From Planctomycetaceae bacterium (GTDB lineage Bacteria > Planctomycetota > Planctomycetia > Pirellulales > UBA1268): a DNA stretch of 64,000 bases. This document shows, piece by piece, positions 27,808 to 37,488 of this stretch. The stretch lies in contig WTHB01000177.1 of NCBI GenBank assembly GCA_011523305.1, forward strand, positions 3,005 to 67,004, written 5' to 3'. The position numbers and the translations under genes are program-made. Under the pieces are notes generated by a model. It made no database searches, was not told the origin of the DNA, and saw nothing but the letters and a program-made list of their open reading frames with translations. Each line of letters opens with the position of its first letter. Position 1 is the first letter of the stretch.

Positions 27808-29253
27808 TCATGAATTCAAAACTTCTTGAATGACATGACCGTGCACATCGGTCAGCCGCATATCACGGCCACTGAACCGATAGGTCAGCCGCTCATGATC
27901 AATACCCAGCAAGTGAAGCATGGTCGCATGGAGATCATGAATCATGAACTTTTTTTCGACCACCCGATAACCATAGTCATCGGTTGCCCCAACGATTGTG
28001 CCCCCCTTCACGCCACCACCAGCCAGCCAGAGTGAGAAGGCCTGAGGATTGTGATCCCGGCCGTTCGTCCCCTGGGCAAACGGGGTCCGGCCAAACTCAC
28101 CACTCCAGACGACCAGAGTTGAGTCGAGCAGGCCCCGCTGGCGAAGATCATCGATCAACGCGGCAATCGGCTGATCGACTGCCCGGGCATTGTTCTCATG
28201 ACCCTGCTTGAGATTGCCGTGCTGGTCCCACCGGTCACCACCCACCTTGGGGCAAGTCAGTTCGACAAACCGCACACCCCGCTCGACCATCCGCCGAGCA
28301 AGCAGGCATTCAGCCCCAAAGATCTGCGTCGGCTTATAGTCACTCTCGAGACCATAGGCCCGCTTGGTCGCCACACTCTCATCGGCAAGACGAAGCAAGT
28401 CAGGCACTTCGGTCTGCATCCGGTAGGCAAGTTCTTGATTGGCAATCGCACTGTCGATCGCATCCGACGGGCTGCCCTCGCCGGCCAGCCGTTGGGCAAA
28501 CGCTCTGTCCAACCGACGAGTCAGGTCGAGCTTTGCCGCCTGATGAGCGACTGTCTGTTCCTGTGGCTGCACGTTTGCCAGCCCAACTGCGTTCGGCTTC
28601 ACGACCGACCCCTGATACGTCGCCGGCAGAAATCCATTGGTGAAGTTGTCGAGCCCGCCAGGGGGAATCAAGCCGCCATTGAGCACCATGTAGCCGGGCA
28701 GTTCCTTGTTTTCAGTCCCCAGCCCATAGGTGGTCCAGGCTCCCATGCTCGGCCGACCCTGGAGGCCACTGCCGGTGTGCAAAAAGTAGTTGGCGTTGGT
28801 GTGTTCCGGGAATTCGCTGGTCATGGAACGAATGACGGCCAACTCATCAACCACACCACCGATGTGCGGAAAGAGGTCACTGACCGGAATGCCACTTTCA
28901 CCGTAGCGTTTGAACGCCCACGGGCTCGGTAGCACTGTCCCAATCTTATTGAACTGCGTGGCATCAACTTTGAAGAGGCTGTGCGGATCCTTGCCTGCGT
29001 CCTGAGCCAACCGCGGCTTGGGGTCGAAACTGTCGACCTGCGAGACCCCACCATCCATGTAAAGGAAGATGATGCTCGTCGCGCGGGCCGGATGGTGCAG
29101 CGTGTCGACCACACCGAAGGAGGCCCGAGCAGCATCACGGTGCAGCAGGGCCGCAGCGGCGATGCCCCCGAAACCACAAGAGGCCTGCTGCAAAAGGCCA
29201 CGACGCGAGAGCGGCAGCGGGCGGTAGCGGTGGCAGTGATGGATGGGGGGCAT
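27808..29253 (-). CDS. DUF1501 domain protein (second paralog, Tat-exported)
   Basis: ORF trimmed to the ATG at 29251-29253. Leader LSRRGLLQQASCGFGGIAAAALL. C-terminus GRDHNP ... LTYRFSGRDMRLTDVHG is nearly identical to the motif in the 10974..12434 paralog. Confidence 0.85.
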   Translation of the reverse strand: MPPIHHCHRYRPLPLSRRGLLQQASCGFGGIAAAALLHRDAARASFGVVDTLHHPARATSIIFLYMDGGVSQVDSFDPKPRLAQDAGKDPHSLFKVDATQFNKIGTVLPSPWAFKRYGESGIPVSDLFPHIGGVVDELAVIRSMTSEFPEHTNANYFLHTGSGLQGRPSMGAWTTYGLGTENKELPGYMVLNGGLIPPGGLDNFTNGFLPATYQGSVVKPNAVGLANVQPQEQTVAHQAAKLDLTRRLDRAFAQRLAGEGSPSDAIDSAIANQELAYRMQTEVPDLLRLADESVATKRAYGLESDYKPTQIFGAECLLARRMVERGVRFVELTCPKVGGDRWDQHGNLKQGHENNARAVDQPIAALIDDLRQRGLLDSTLVVWSGEFGRTPFAQGTNGRDHNPQAFSLWLAGGGVKGGTIVGATDDYGYRVVEKKFMIHDLHATMLHLLGIDHERLTYRFSGRDMRLTDVHGHVIQEVLNS

Positions 29254-29360
29254 GGGATTTTCTCGGTGATTGCCGATCAACACTTTCTCGGGGCAGCTAT
29301 CAGGTTTTCATACGTCGTTTCCAACCCGCCGGGGCGTTGCCCATGCCATCTTGCCGGACG

Positions 29361-29409
29361 TTCGCTACGGGCATCCTGCCCTTCGCTCACTCGACAGAAA
29401 CTTCGCTCA
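29361..29409. promoter_or_regulatory. Three helically phased TTCGCT(A/C) repeats in the spacer between the PSD1-type gene and its DUF1501 partner
   Basis: ttcgcta at 29361, cttcgctca at 29381-29389 and cttcgctca at 29401-29409. The spacings are 21 and 20 nt. Confidence 0.4.
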
Positions 29410-29516
29410 ACCATCCGCGCTGCGCCCAGTTTCCGACAACGCTCGATTGGCATGAGCAACGCCCCTCGTCTGTGCGGCTTGCGAATAATTTTCGTGGGAA
29501 CGGTGAGTCCACTGGC

Positions 29517-32500
29517 TCACGGGACGAAAATAAACTCCTTGGTGTTGAACAGGGCGTGGGCCAGATCGGCCCAGGCTGCTTCGTTGGTTGGGTCGGCCCC
29601 GAAGTCGGCACCATGCCGTTCGGCCTGCGATGCGAGGAACTCCAGGGCGACCGCCTGCTCGTCAGCTGTTGGCGGCCGGGTGAAGGCCTCCCGGTACATC
29701 TGGTCGATGCGAGCCTCGGTGCTGAGGCTGGTTTCAGCCAGCAGCCGACGGGCCCAGACGCCTGCCTGCTCCCGAACGAATGGATCGTTCATCAGAGTCA
29801 GAGCCTGCGCTGGCACATTGGTCACATTCCGGCGGCCCATCGCTTGAAACGGCACCGGCAGGTCAAAGGCCAGCAGGAAACTCGGCAGGAAATTGCGGCG
29901 GATCTTGGTGTAGAGGCTGCGGCGGCCGTTGCCATCGAGCGGTCCCGACTTCGGTCGACCCCGTCCCTCATGAAAATCCGTCAGGAAGACTTCCACGCTC
30001 GGGCCACCCACCGTGCGATCGAGCCGGCCACTGACTGCGAGAATCTTGTCCCGAATCGCCTCACCCTCCAGCCGCCGCACCGGATAGTGATGCAGCAACT
30101 CATTGAGTGGATCGCGTGCGGTTGCGGCCAGGCTCGGCGTCGAGTTCATCCGCCAGGTGCTGCTGGTGACAATCTGCCGAATCAGCTTCTTGATGCTCCA
30201 GCCTTCCTCGATGAATCGGACGGCCAGCTGGTCGAGCAGTGCCTGGGCCTGCGGATCGGCTGGCGGCTCGCCCAGTTTGCCAAAGTTGTCGGTGGTCGGC
30301 ACAAGCCCTCGGCCGAACAGGTGATGCCACATCCGGTTGACCAGCACCCGGCTGGTGAGCGGGTTGGCCGGGTCGAGCACGCGGTCAGCCAGTTCCAACC
30401 GGCCGGAGGAATGGTCGGGCCAGGCCGGCTGGTCGGCACCGTCAATCGCCTCGAGAAACCGCCGCGGGGACAACTCGCCCGGCCGGGCTGCCGAGCCCTT
30501 GAGCAGCACATACTGATCGATGCCGTTGCCGTCGAGCAGGGCGGGGGCCGTCGCCGAAACGAGCCTGGCCTCGGCCCGAATCGCATGTCGCTTGGCAGCG
30601 GCCTCGCTGATGCAGGCACGGATCGCAGCGGCCGAGGGCGTTTCCCAGTCGATCGTCCCGCCGGCCAGCACCGCATTCATCGCTGCTGGCCAAGTCGGAT
30701 CGGTGCGAGTGGGCTGCTCGAGTGACGCCACAGTTTCAGCCACGCTTGCCTCACCTTCGATGGCCGCGTATTCGACATGCACAACATGGCCGGTCGCCCA
30801 GTCCTTGATGTCCTTGTGGAGGTCCTGCTTGACCCACTGCCACTGGCCCTTCGTGTCAACTGTCCGAAGATTGCCACCGTGCAGTGGTCCTCCTTGAAAA
30901 AGTAAGTGACTATCAATAACTGTGAAAATTTGTAAGTGTCCCCGCACACGGTGCCAAACCACACCTTCAGTGATGCGTTGCTTCGGAGTCCGTAGCACGC
31001 GACCAGCCCGATCGACAACCCCGAGTGGTTTGGTATCTCGCTCCGCCGTTGATCTGCTTGTTGCCCAGATCGCATCACTGCGGGCATGGCCCAGTGGCTC
31101 AACGGAGAGGGCTCCCGCGTCAGTCGCATTGTCCGTCGTCAGCACCGGCTGCCCGGCAGGCACCGTCTCCCAGGCGGCAGCATCGCAGATCAGGCCGGTA
31201 GCCTGCTCGCCCCGGGTGTAATCCGCGAGCACAGTCTCTGTCACCGTAGACGATTCATTCCCGTCGTGCCCAACCGGCGAGGCGTCCACCCGAACACCTG
31301 TCAGTAACTCAAACTGGGGCAGCAGGTGCTGCCGCAAGGCAGCATCGGCCTGCGCCAGCCGGGCCGCCACCCGCCGGTTCAACTCCAGGGTTTCAAAGGG
31401 CACCTGTCGGTAGCTGCTCGACATCACCATGCCGGCGATAGCGTAATAGTCGGCAGCAGAGATCGCATCAAACTTGTGGTCATGGCAGCGGGCACAGCCA
31501 ATCGCGAGGCCAAGAAACGCCTTGCCAAACGTATCGACCTGGTTATCGATTCGGTCAGCCTCATCTTGCTTGATATCGACCGGGCCATGCACCGCTTCCC
31601 CGAGCAGCCAAAAGCCGGTCCCGAGGACCGACTCATTCGCTCCGCTGGCGGCCAGTCGCGGCGGTTCAACGAGATCGCCAGCAAGCTGCTCGCGAACAAA
31701 CTGATCATAGGGCAGGTCAGCGTTGAACGCTCGCACAACCCAGTCACGATACTGCCAGGCATTGGGAATTAGGTAATCAAACTCATGGCCACGGGTTTCC
31801 CCATAGCGGGCGACGTCGAGCCAGTGCCGGGCGAACCGTTCGCCATAGTGCGGTGAGGCAAGCAGGTCATCGACATACCGCTCAAACGCCTGCGGTCTCG
31901 AATCGGCCAGCACCCGGGCAACATCAGCCGGTTCAGGGGACAGCCCGGTGAGAATCTCGCTGGCCCGCCGCACCAACACCGCAAGGTCAGCGGCCGGCGC
32001 CGGCTCGAGCCCGGCCGCCTCCAACCGCGTGAGCACAAAGCGGTCGATGTCATTCCGGCACCAGCCGGTGTCAGCAACTGAGGGAACATCGCACCGCTCC
32101 GGCCGGTGCCAGCACCAGTGCTCAGCCTTGCGGGCGGCTAGGTCAAAGGTTTCGACGCGGGCCACCTTCCCGTCATCGGGCCAGGGCAGCCCCCGGCGCA
32201 CCCACTCTTCAATGGTGGCGATGACCACGTCGGGTAGTTTGCCGTCAGGAGGCATCTGCTGATCGCTGTCATACCGGACGACCTTCACCAGCAGGCTCTC
32301 ATCAGGCTGGCCCGCTACGGCCACACCCTCGGCCGCCAGGAAATCAGCCCGCGAGTCAAACGACAACCCGCCCTCCGGGTCACCTGCTTCGGCCGAGTGA
32401 CAGTCGCTGCAATGCGCAACCAGCAGCGGCCGCACCTCCGTCTCAAAAAAAGCAGCATCCTCAGCGGTCAGCGTCGGCGTGGCTGCAAGCCCCAGCCCAG

Positions 32501-32588
32501 GAAGCAGAAACACCGCGGCCAGACCGCCCAAGAGCGACGGGATGATCATTACTCGATTTGTCGACGTGAGTTCCGGCATCACCATCAT
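29517..32588 (-). CDS. PSCyt / DUF1549 / DUF1553 (PSD1-type) protein, second paralog, with a large central insert domain
   Basis: The track ORF starts at a TTG (32597); the first ATG is at 32586-32588. Heme site CSDCHSAE, DUF1549-like FVLTRLEAAGLEPAPAADLAVLVRRASEILTGL, CARCHDHKFD, and DUF1553-like C-terminus FDLPVPFQAMGRRNVTNVPAQALTLMND. Confidence 0.85.
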   Translation of the reverse strand: MMVMPELTSTNRVMIIPSLLGGLAAVFLLPGLGLAATPTLTAEDAAFFETEVRPLLVAHCSDCHSAEAGDPEGGLSFDSRADFLAAEGVAVAGQPDESLLVKVVRYDSDQQMPPDGKLPDVVIATIEEWVRRGLPWPDDGKVARVETFDLAARKAEHWCWHRPERCDVPSVADTGWCRNDIDRFVLTRLEAAGLEPAPAADLAVLVRRASEILTGLSPEPADVARVLADSRPQAFERYVDDLLASPHYGERFARHWLDVARYGETRGHEFDYLIPNAWQYRDWVVRAFNADLPYDQFVREQLAGDLVEPPRLAASGANESVLGTGFWLLGEAVHGPVDIKQDEADRIDNQVDTFGKAFLGLAIGCARCHDHKFDAISAADYYAIAGMVMSSSYRQVPFETLELNRRVAARLAQADAALRQHLLPQFELLTGVRVDASPVGHDGNESSTVTETVLADYTRGEQATGLICDAAAWETVPAGQPVLTTDNATDAGALSVEPLGHARSDAIWATSRSTAERDTKPLGVVDRAGRVLRTPKQRITEGVVWHRVRGHLQIFTVIDSHLLFQGGPLHGGNLRTVDTKGQWQWVKQDLHKDIKDWATGHVVHVEYAAIEGEASVAETVASLEQPTRTDPTWPAAMNAVLAGGTIDWETPSAAAIRACISEAAAKRHAIRAEARLVSATAPALLDGNGIDQYVLLKGSAARPGELSPRRFLEAIDGADQPAWPDHSSGRLELADRVLDPANPLTSRVLVNRMWHHLFGRGLVPTTDNFGKLGEPPADPQAQALLDQLAVRFIEEGWSIKKLIRQIVTSSTWRMNSTPSLAATARDPLNELLHHYPVRRLEGEAIRDKILAVSGRLDRTVGGPSVEVFLTDFHEGRGRPKSGPLDGNGRRSLYTKIRRNFLPSFLLAFDLPVPFQAMGRRNVTNVPAQALTLMNDPFVREQAGVWARRLLAETSLSTEARIDQMYREAFTRPPTADEQAVALEFLASQAERHGADFGADPTNEAAWADLAHALFNTKEFIFVP

Positions 32589-33046
32589 GGTAGTCAATGG
32601 CTACACGGCTTCTCTCCTTACACCCACAACTTTGCTCACTTTCTCCCGCACGCACGTATTTCTCCAGGGCAATCTCCCCGAACACCGCTCTCTCACTGGC
32701 GGCATTCAGGTGCCCCGGATGGCAGCCGCTCAACAAAAACCAACTGCATGGAACCACAAACAAATCCGCAGGGCTGCGCTCACGAGAAGGCTCCACTCGA
32801 AGAATCAGCAAGGCTCTCACAATCGCTCTTTGCTTGTGGCGAACACGTGCACCGAAGCAGCGTCTGCTGCTCTTCTAAAAAAACTCGCCCTGCATTCATC
32901 CAGCCGACTCCTCGGCCCGCCTGGGCAGCCATCATCAGGCGGCAATGCGTTCTTCACCAACACCACGCCTTCTACGAACGTATTCCGAAACAATGCTGCA
33001 TCTAACACGTTCAAAACCTTAGGTCCCTTTCCAAGGAGGCACTCTC

Positions 33047-34273
33047 GTGCACAAAACCCAACGTGCCCTCTCATCGGCATGTCTCACGTGTGTCATTTTT
33101 TTGGGCGTGAGCAGCCTTTACTCAGAGGAGTCGTCTTTTGGGGACAAACTTTTGCAATTCTTCCCCCAGGCTGACACGAACCGCGACGGAACCCTTTCTG
33201 CCGACGAAGAAGCCGTCGTGAGCCAACGGATCCTGCAGCGTTTCCCCAAGGCTGACCAAGATGGGGACGGCATACTCTCCGCCGCTGAAAAAGAGCGGGT
33301 GCTCCGGCTGGCCGCCGCCATGCGGCAACGAACCGCAAAACCGACGAGGCCCTCAGGGGGATTCTTCGGGGCATGGTCCTCGGATGCCACGAAGAAGCCT
33401 CACTTTTCAAATATCCCCTATGGCGAAAATAAGAGAAATGTCCTCGACGTGTGGCTCGCCGAAAGCACAACTCCGACGCCAGTCGCCATCTACATCCACG
33501 GTGGCGGATTTAAGGCGGGCAGTAAGGAAAAACTCAATGCCGCCGAACGGGACGCCTTACTGGATGCGGGCATTTCAGTCGCCTCGATCAATTACCGCTT
33601 GATCACCACAGATCCCCTACCAACGGCTCATCATGATGCCAAGCGAGCGGTGCAGTTCATTCGCTCAAAGGCCAACAAGTGGAACATCGACAAGGACCGC
33701 GTTGCTGCATTCGGCGGATCCGCCGGCGCACAGATCTGCATGTGGCTTGCCTACAGCGAAGACATGGCTGACCCAACCAGCTCGGATCCGATCGCGAGAG
33801 AATCGACGCGACTGACCTGCCTCGCCACAAAAGGCGGACAGACCTCGAATGAACGCTCCTTCTATCAGACTAAGATTCTAACCCTCCTCAATGACGGCAC
33901 GCCTGTCGATTCACTCATCAAACCGTTGGCTGGTGAAATGGAACCAGAAGCTATTCTGCTCAAAACCTGGGGAGCTCAGTCACTCGAAGAAGTCGAGGAA
34001 AAAAAGAAGAAGTATTCGGCCCTCAATCTTCTCACGGCCGATGATCCCCCAATCTTTATGCACTACAGCATGCCGCCAGATGGAGAGAAACCGAGTGATC
34101 CAAACCGAGTACGAGGATGGCTCATCCACCATGTTGTTTTCGGCACAGAACTCAAGGCAAAAGCCGAACGAACGGGGGCCAAAGCTTTCTTGCAGTACCC
34201 AGGTGCCACGACGCCATACAACTCGTCGGTCGATTTCCTGAAAAGCAACCTGCTGATGAGCGACGAGCCGTAA
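33047..34273 (+). CDS. Secreted alpha/beta-hydrolase (carboxylesterase/lipase-type) with N-terminal EF-hand pair
   Basis: GTG start with AAGGAGG at 33033-33039. Signal peptide. EF loops DTNRDGTLSADE and DQDGDGILSAAE. Oxyanion/nucleophile motifs VAIYIHGGGF and GGSAGAQI. Lower GC than its surroundings. Confidence 0.75.
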   Translation: MHKTQRALSSACLTCVIFLGVSSLYSEESSFGDKLLQFFPQADTNRDGTLSADEEAVVSQRILQRFPKADQDGDGILSAAEKERVLRLAAAMRQRTAKPTRPSGGFFGAWSSDATKKPHFSNIPYGENKRNVLDVWLAESTTPTPVAIYIHGGGFKAGSKEKLNAAERDALLDAGISVASINYRLITTDPLPTAHHDAKRAVQFIRSKANKWNIDKDRVAAFGGSAGAQICMWLAYSEDMADPTSSDPIARESTRLTCLATKGGQTSNERSFYQTKILTLLNDGTPVDSLIKPLAGEMEPEAILLKTWGAQSLEEVEEKKKKYSALNLLTADDPPIFMHYSMPPDGEKPSDPNRVRGWLIHHVVFGTELKAKAERTGAKAFLQYPGATTPYNSSVDFLKSNLLMSDEP

Positions 34274-34350
34274 GGAACGTGCTGCAACAAGCAGTTTGGT
34301 TCTGATCGGCACACCCCGCAACCAAGACACTTTTCGCAGATGATTCTTGG

Positions 34351-36147
34351 CTACAGGTGCTCGCTACCGGGAATATCTGACAGCGGCCCACCACTCCATG
34401 ACATCCGCAGGGCGTTGACCACGGCGACGACATCAATCGCCTCTTGCACAAGCGCCCCGGCCGTCGGCGGCAAAAACCCTGCCGCCGCGACCAGCATGCC
34501 GATGACACTTGCCGCCATGCCCCCCACCGCCGTTTGCAGCGCAATCCTCCGCAGCCGACTGCCAATGTGCAGCAGTTCATCCACCCGCTCCAGGGCTGAG
34601 TCCATCACCACCGCGCCGGCCGCCTCACTGGTTACGTCACTCGCTGTTCCCATCGCAATTCCGACCGTCGCCGCTGCCAAGGCTGGGGCATCGTTGATGC
34701 CGTCGCCCACGAACAACGTCGGTGCCTCGGCCGTCGCCTCCTCCACCAGGTGTAGCTTGCCCTCAGGTGAGATGCCGGCATGAACCTCTTCGATACCGAC
34801 AATCTCTGCCAGCCAGCGAACCTCACTCTCACGATCCCCTGAGACGAGCATCACCCGCGAGAGCCCATGCGCCGGGGCCAGATGCTCAACGAAGGGTCGA
34901 CCGGCAACCCGCGGTGCATCGTGAAACCGCAACAGGCCAACTGCCTGCCCGTCTGCCATCACCACACACTCAAGGCCCCCGGCATGCTCAGGCAGCGTCA
35001 CTGTACCAGCCGGATCGCTCGCGGCCAGCTTCTGCCGGCTGGTGATGGTGATTGCACTCGCCTCGCCCCCCGGCGACATCACCCGACCGACCAACCCCTT
35101 GCCCGGCTCTTCGGCCAGCCTGTCGACATCCCACAGCGGCACCCCACGGTCGCGGGCTGCCTCCAGTACCGCGCCGGCCAGCGGATGCTTGGAGTAGGCC
35201 TCCAGGCTGGCCGCGAAGGCGAGCACCGTGTCCGGTGGTCGATCCGCCAGCGGCACTAACTCGGTCAACTGGGGCCGGCCGTAGGTAAGGGTCCCGGTCT
35301 TATCAAAGATGGCCGTGCGGCACCGGTCGAGCCGTTCGAGTATGGCGGGGTCACGGATGACGATGCCGTGCTTGGCGGCCAGCGAAACCGCACCAATGAT
35401 CGCTACTGGAATCCCGATCAGCAGGGGGCAGGGAGTGGCCACCACTAGGACTGCCAAAAAGCGAATCGCATCGCCACTGACCCACCAGGCCAGCACCGCC
35501 AGAGCGAGTGCCAGCGGTGTGTAGAGACCGCCAAGGGTGTCGGCCAGTCTTCGCAGGCGAGGCCGCTGCTGCTCGCTCTCCCGCAACACCTGCATGATCT
35601 TGGCGTAGCGGCTGTCCTCCCCGACCCGGTCCGCGCGAATCTCAAGTGCCGACTCACCGTTGATCGCCCCGGAGAGCACACCGGATCCGGGGGCTTTCCG
35701 CATGTGGTAGGGCTCGCCCGTGAGATAGCTCTCATCCATGACACCACGGCCAGCCACCACCGTGCCATCGACCGGGCAGATCTCATGCGGGAGCACAACG
35801 ATCGTGTCGCCGACAGTCACCTCGGCCAGCGGCAGATCGACGAGCCCCCCTTCAGCCCGCTGATGGGCAACCGTCGGCATCCGCCGGGCCAACGCATTGA
35901 GCACGTCGCCCGCCCGGCTGACCGCTCGGTTTTCCAGTGCCTCACCACCGGAGAGCATCAGGACCACCAGCACGCCAGCGAGGTATTCTCCCAACAGCAA
36001 GCTGGTGACAATCGCCATACCGGCCAATAGGTCCGAACCAAACGTGCCGCGAACCAGCTTGCTGAGCAGGTCGGCCACCAGCAGGCTGCCACCACCAAGC
36101 AGCAGGGCCAGCAGCGGCAGGTCGGCCACGGTCAGTGACCGCTCCAT
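34351..36147 (-). CDS. Heavy-metal P1B-type ATPase, short 6-TM form without an N-terminal metal-binding domain; TPC motif
   Basis: ORF 34351..36207, with alternative ATGs at 36207 and 36147. Motifs [13 protein letters not shown] (TM xPC = TPC), [17 protein letters not shown]. Only two hydrophobic helices precede the actuator domain and there is no CxxC HMA domain. Confidence 0.85.
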   Translation of the reverse strand: MERSLTVADLPLLALLLGGGSLLVADLLSKLVRGTFGSDLLAGMAIVTSLLLGEYLAGVLVVLMLSGGEALENRAVSRAGDVLNALARRMPTVAHQRAEGGLVDLPLAEVTVGDTIVVLPHEICPVDGTVVAGRGVMDESYLTGEPYHMRKAPGSGVLSGAINGESALEIRADRVGEDSRYAKIMQVLRESEQQRPRLRRLADTLGGLYTPLALALAVLAWWVSGDAIRFLAVLVVATPCPLLIGIPVAIIGAVSLAAKHGIVIRDPAILERLDRCRTAIFDKTGTLTYGRPQLTELVPLADRPPDTVLAFAASLEAYSKHPLAGAVLEAARDRGVPLWDVDRLAEEPGKGLVGRVMSPGGEASAITITSRQKLAASDPAGTVTLPEHAGGLECVVMADGQAVGLLRFHDAPRVAGRPFVEHLAPAHGLSRVMLVSGDRESEVRWLAEIVGIEEVHAGISPEGKLHLVEEATAEAPTLFVGDGINDAPALAAATVGIAMGTASDVTSEAAGAVVMDSALERVDELLHIGSRLRRIALQTAVGGMAASVIGMLVAAAGFLPPTAGALVQEAIDVVAVVNALRMSWSGGPLSDIPGSEHL

Positions 36148-36296
36148 GAACCAGCCACCCGGGTCGAGTCGGCCCAGTGGCACCAGTCGGCTGCCGCCAG
36201 GAGACACCAGCAGGCCGCCCCAAACCGCGATCGCCAGCGTCGCCCCACCGGCGATCAGTTCATTGACGGGCCACGGCTTGTCCGTGCGGGAGGCAG

Positions 36297-36872
36297 TCAG
36301 CTGTGCATCCGCGGTCGCGGATCTCCCTCGGTAATGATCTCAGCCTCACGGGAGGCCAGCCAGTGCAGCCGGTCGCGGACAGTCGCCTCGGGGGCCAGTT
36401 CACAGGCCAGCCGCACATAGGTGGCATGGTGCCGCGCCTCTGACTCAAACAGCCCGCCATAGAAGGCGGCCAGTTCCTCGTCCTGCACATGATCCCTCAA
36501 CAGCGAAAACCGTTCGCAGCTGCGGGCCTCGATCAGCCCGGCCACCAGCAGTCGATCGACCGCCCGATCAGGCTCCCCCTTGCGCACCAGTTCATGAAGC
36601 CGCGGGCCATAGTGGCTGGGGGCAAGCTTCCGAAAGCGGATGCCCCGCCGCTCGAGCAAGTCGAGAACCATCTGGAAATGCTCCAACTCCTCATTGACGA
36701 TCTCGGTCATCGCCCGGCTGAGGTTTGTGTTTTCGACGTAGGCAAACAGCAGGTTCATCGCCACGCCGGCGGCCTTCTTCTCGCAGTGGGCATGATCGAT
36801 GAGGATCTCGTCGAGGTTGGTCTCAACCTGGGTGAACCAGCGGACAGGGGTGGGGACTTGCAGACTGAGCAT
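36297..36872 (-). CDS. miaE: tRNA-(ms2io6A)-hydroxylase (MiaE family, diiron)
   Basis: 191 aa. [56 protein letters not shown]: this is the MiaE-type ferritin-like ExxH pattern. Confidence 0.75.
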   Translation of the reverse strand: MLSLQVPTPVRWFTQVETNLDEILIDHAHCEKKAAGVAMNLLFAYVENTNLSRAMTEIVNEELEHFQMVLDLLERRGIRFRKLAPSHYGPRLHELVRKGEPDRAVDRLLVAGLIEARSCERFSLLRDHVQDEELAAFYGGLFESEARHHATYVRLACELAPEATVRDRLHWLASREAEIITEGDPRPRMHS

Positions 36873-37001
36873 GCGGTCGACTCGGGTGGCAGGTGAACCG
36901 AAACGCTGTCATCATACTCGCTGACAGGGCTGGCGGCTGGCCGACCGCATCCCTGACCGTCCAGTTGTTCACCACGCCCGCGGCCTCACGAGCCCACCAC
37001 C

Positions 37002-37409
37002 ATGATCGCATTCGACACACCGGCAGGTCAGTCTGAGCAGCCCGCCGATCGCAACCTCCTGGGACAACCGCTCATTGCCTGTTCCACCGCCCCGCTCACG
37101 GGCTTTTTCCGGGACGGCGTCTGCCGCACCTGTCGTGAAGACACTGGGTCACACACGGTCTGCGCGGTCATGACGGAAGCCTTCCTCGCCTTCACCGTGC
37201 AGGCGGGTAATGATCTGGTCACCCCGCGGCCGGAATACAACTTCCCCGGGTTGGTACCGGGAGACCGCTGGTGCCTCTGTGCCGCCCGCTGGCTCGAAGC
37301 GGTTCGCGCCGACTGTGGCCCGCCCGTGGTCCTGGAGGCGACGAGCGAAAAATCGCTTGAGATCGTCCCGTTCGAACTGCTCAAACAGCACGCCACCTCG
37401 GCTGAGTAA
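37002..37409 (+). CDS. DUF2237 family protein
   Basis: 135 aa. NLLGQPLIACSTAPLTGFFRDGVCRT, GSHTVCAVMTEAFLAF, PGDRWCLCAARW: typical DUF2237 motifs. Confidence 0.75.
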   Translation: MIAFDTPAGQSEQPADRNLLGQPLIACSTAPLTGFFRDGVCRTCREDTGSHTVCAVMTEAFLAFTVQAGNDLVTPRPEYNFPGLVPGDRWCLCAARWLEAVRADCGPPVVLEATSEKSLEIVPFELLKQHATSAE

Positions 37410-37435
37410 TGCCGCCACCCGCGCCGAGTACAAAA

Positions 37436-37467
37436 CAGCCCGCCTGCGTCGCCACGCAGGCGGGCTG
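37436..37467. terminator. Bidirectional terminator hairpin between convergent DUF2237 and porin genes
   Basis: Perfect 13-bp stem cagcccgcctgcg (37436-37448) / cgcaggcgggctg (37455-37467) with loop tcgcca. Flanked by acaaaa on the left and a T-containing tract on the right. Confidence 0.7.
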
Positions 37468-37488
37468 TGCAAAGCTGTTCTGTTCGTC

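Noticed and set aside
32700-32735. SRP-RNA-like string CAGGTGCCCCGGATGGCAGCC in the long intergenic region.
   Set aside because: It only loosely resembles the 4.5S domain IV consensus (CAGGUCCGGAAGGAAGCAGCC). It lacks the GGAA tetraloop / AGCA symmetric-loop pattern and a complementary closing helix.
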